From assembly GCF_963921235.1 (NCBI RefSeq), contig NC_086108.1:82152001-82212000 (forward strand): a stretch of 60,000 nucleotides of DNA, written 5' to 3'. The notes below the pieces were generated by a model. The model saw only the letters and a list, made by a program, of their open reading frames with translations. It was not told the origin of the DNA and made no database searches. Within the stretch, counting starts at the first letter, position 1, and the number at the start of each line of letters is the position of its first letter. This document shows positions 59,704 through 60,000 of the stretch, in pieces. The translations under genes were made by a program, and so were the position numbers. Origin of the DNA: Mobula hypostoma (Eukaryota).

Positions 59704-59739
59704 AGTCCTGACGAAGGGTCTCGGCCTGAAACGTCGACT
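59704..59739 (+). ncRNA. Minimal type-I hammerhead ribozyme motif
   Basis: AGUC-CUGACGA-AGGGUCUCGGCCU-GAAAC-GUC-GACU: intact core boxes, GUC cleavage triplet, stem I AGUC/GACU. Confidence 0.7.
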
Positions 59740-60000
59740 GCGCCTCTTCCTATAGATGCTGCTTGGCCTGCTGCGTTCACCAGCAACTTTGATGTATGTT
59801 GCTTGTATACTTGTAATAGATGGTTTTCAGTGCGGGAAAGTTATTTTGCAGGTAATTGGCAGGTATCACATTGTTCTTCTGAAGCAAGCTCTTGGGATTG
59901 AGGAAGACTTGCATCTCTTCTAGTTTTATGGGTTCTCAGTTGGTTGATGAGGCCAGTGTGGGAAGCATGAATGTTTCTATAAATGGGGCAAGAGGTGATG

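Larger units (their letters stand above)
59541..59805. mobile_element. Very young inverted Penelope pLTR element forming a perfect hairpin
   Basis: Arms 59572-59685 and 59692-59805 are exact reverse complements (114 bp); TGTATACTTGTAATA duplicated at 59526-59540 and 59804-59818. Confidence 0.92.

Overview
Vertebrate nuclear DNA. The repeat content (CR1, RTE and Rex1-type LINEs, Penelope-like elements, V-SINEs, a Deu-domain SINE) points to a cartilaginous fish, probably a ray; the taxon is an inference. Two host genes lie head-to-head. On the minus strand is a complete 10-exon CIMAP2/LEXM (C1orf177) orthologue: ATG at 38862, stop at 9095, 1170 nt and 389 aa assembled by hand from GT-AG junctions. 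On the plus strand are the first three coding exons of TTC22 (from 51314, continuing past the window). Most remaining sequence is transposon-derived. It includes a full-length but decayed Gypsy LTR element (30928-35247, ATATT target-site duplication), a non-autonomous Helitron with an STPR-like repeat ORF, Tc1 and mariner remnants, nested LINEs, and about a dozen Penelope pseudo-LTR copies carrying minimal hammerhead ribozyme motifs. The most interesting signals are four. (1) The Gypsy element has no tRNA primer-binding site; instead a 15-nt leader is complementary to the AATAAA region of its own LTR (self-priming or poly(A) occlusion). (2) A perfect 114-bp-arm hairpin insertion carries a hammerhead motif on both strands. 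(3) A non-autonomous RTE-like element has a candidate HDV-like ribozyme at its 5' end. (4) CIMAP2 has one PGP repeat per phase-0 exon, plus a stop-free in-frame 90-nt intron. Repeat boundaries are approximate unless a TSD is quoted.
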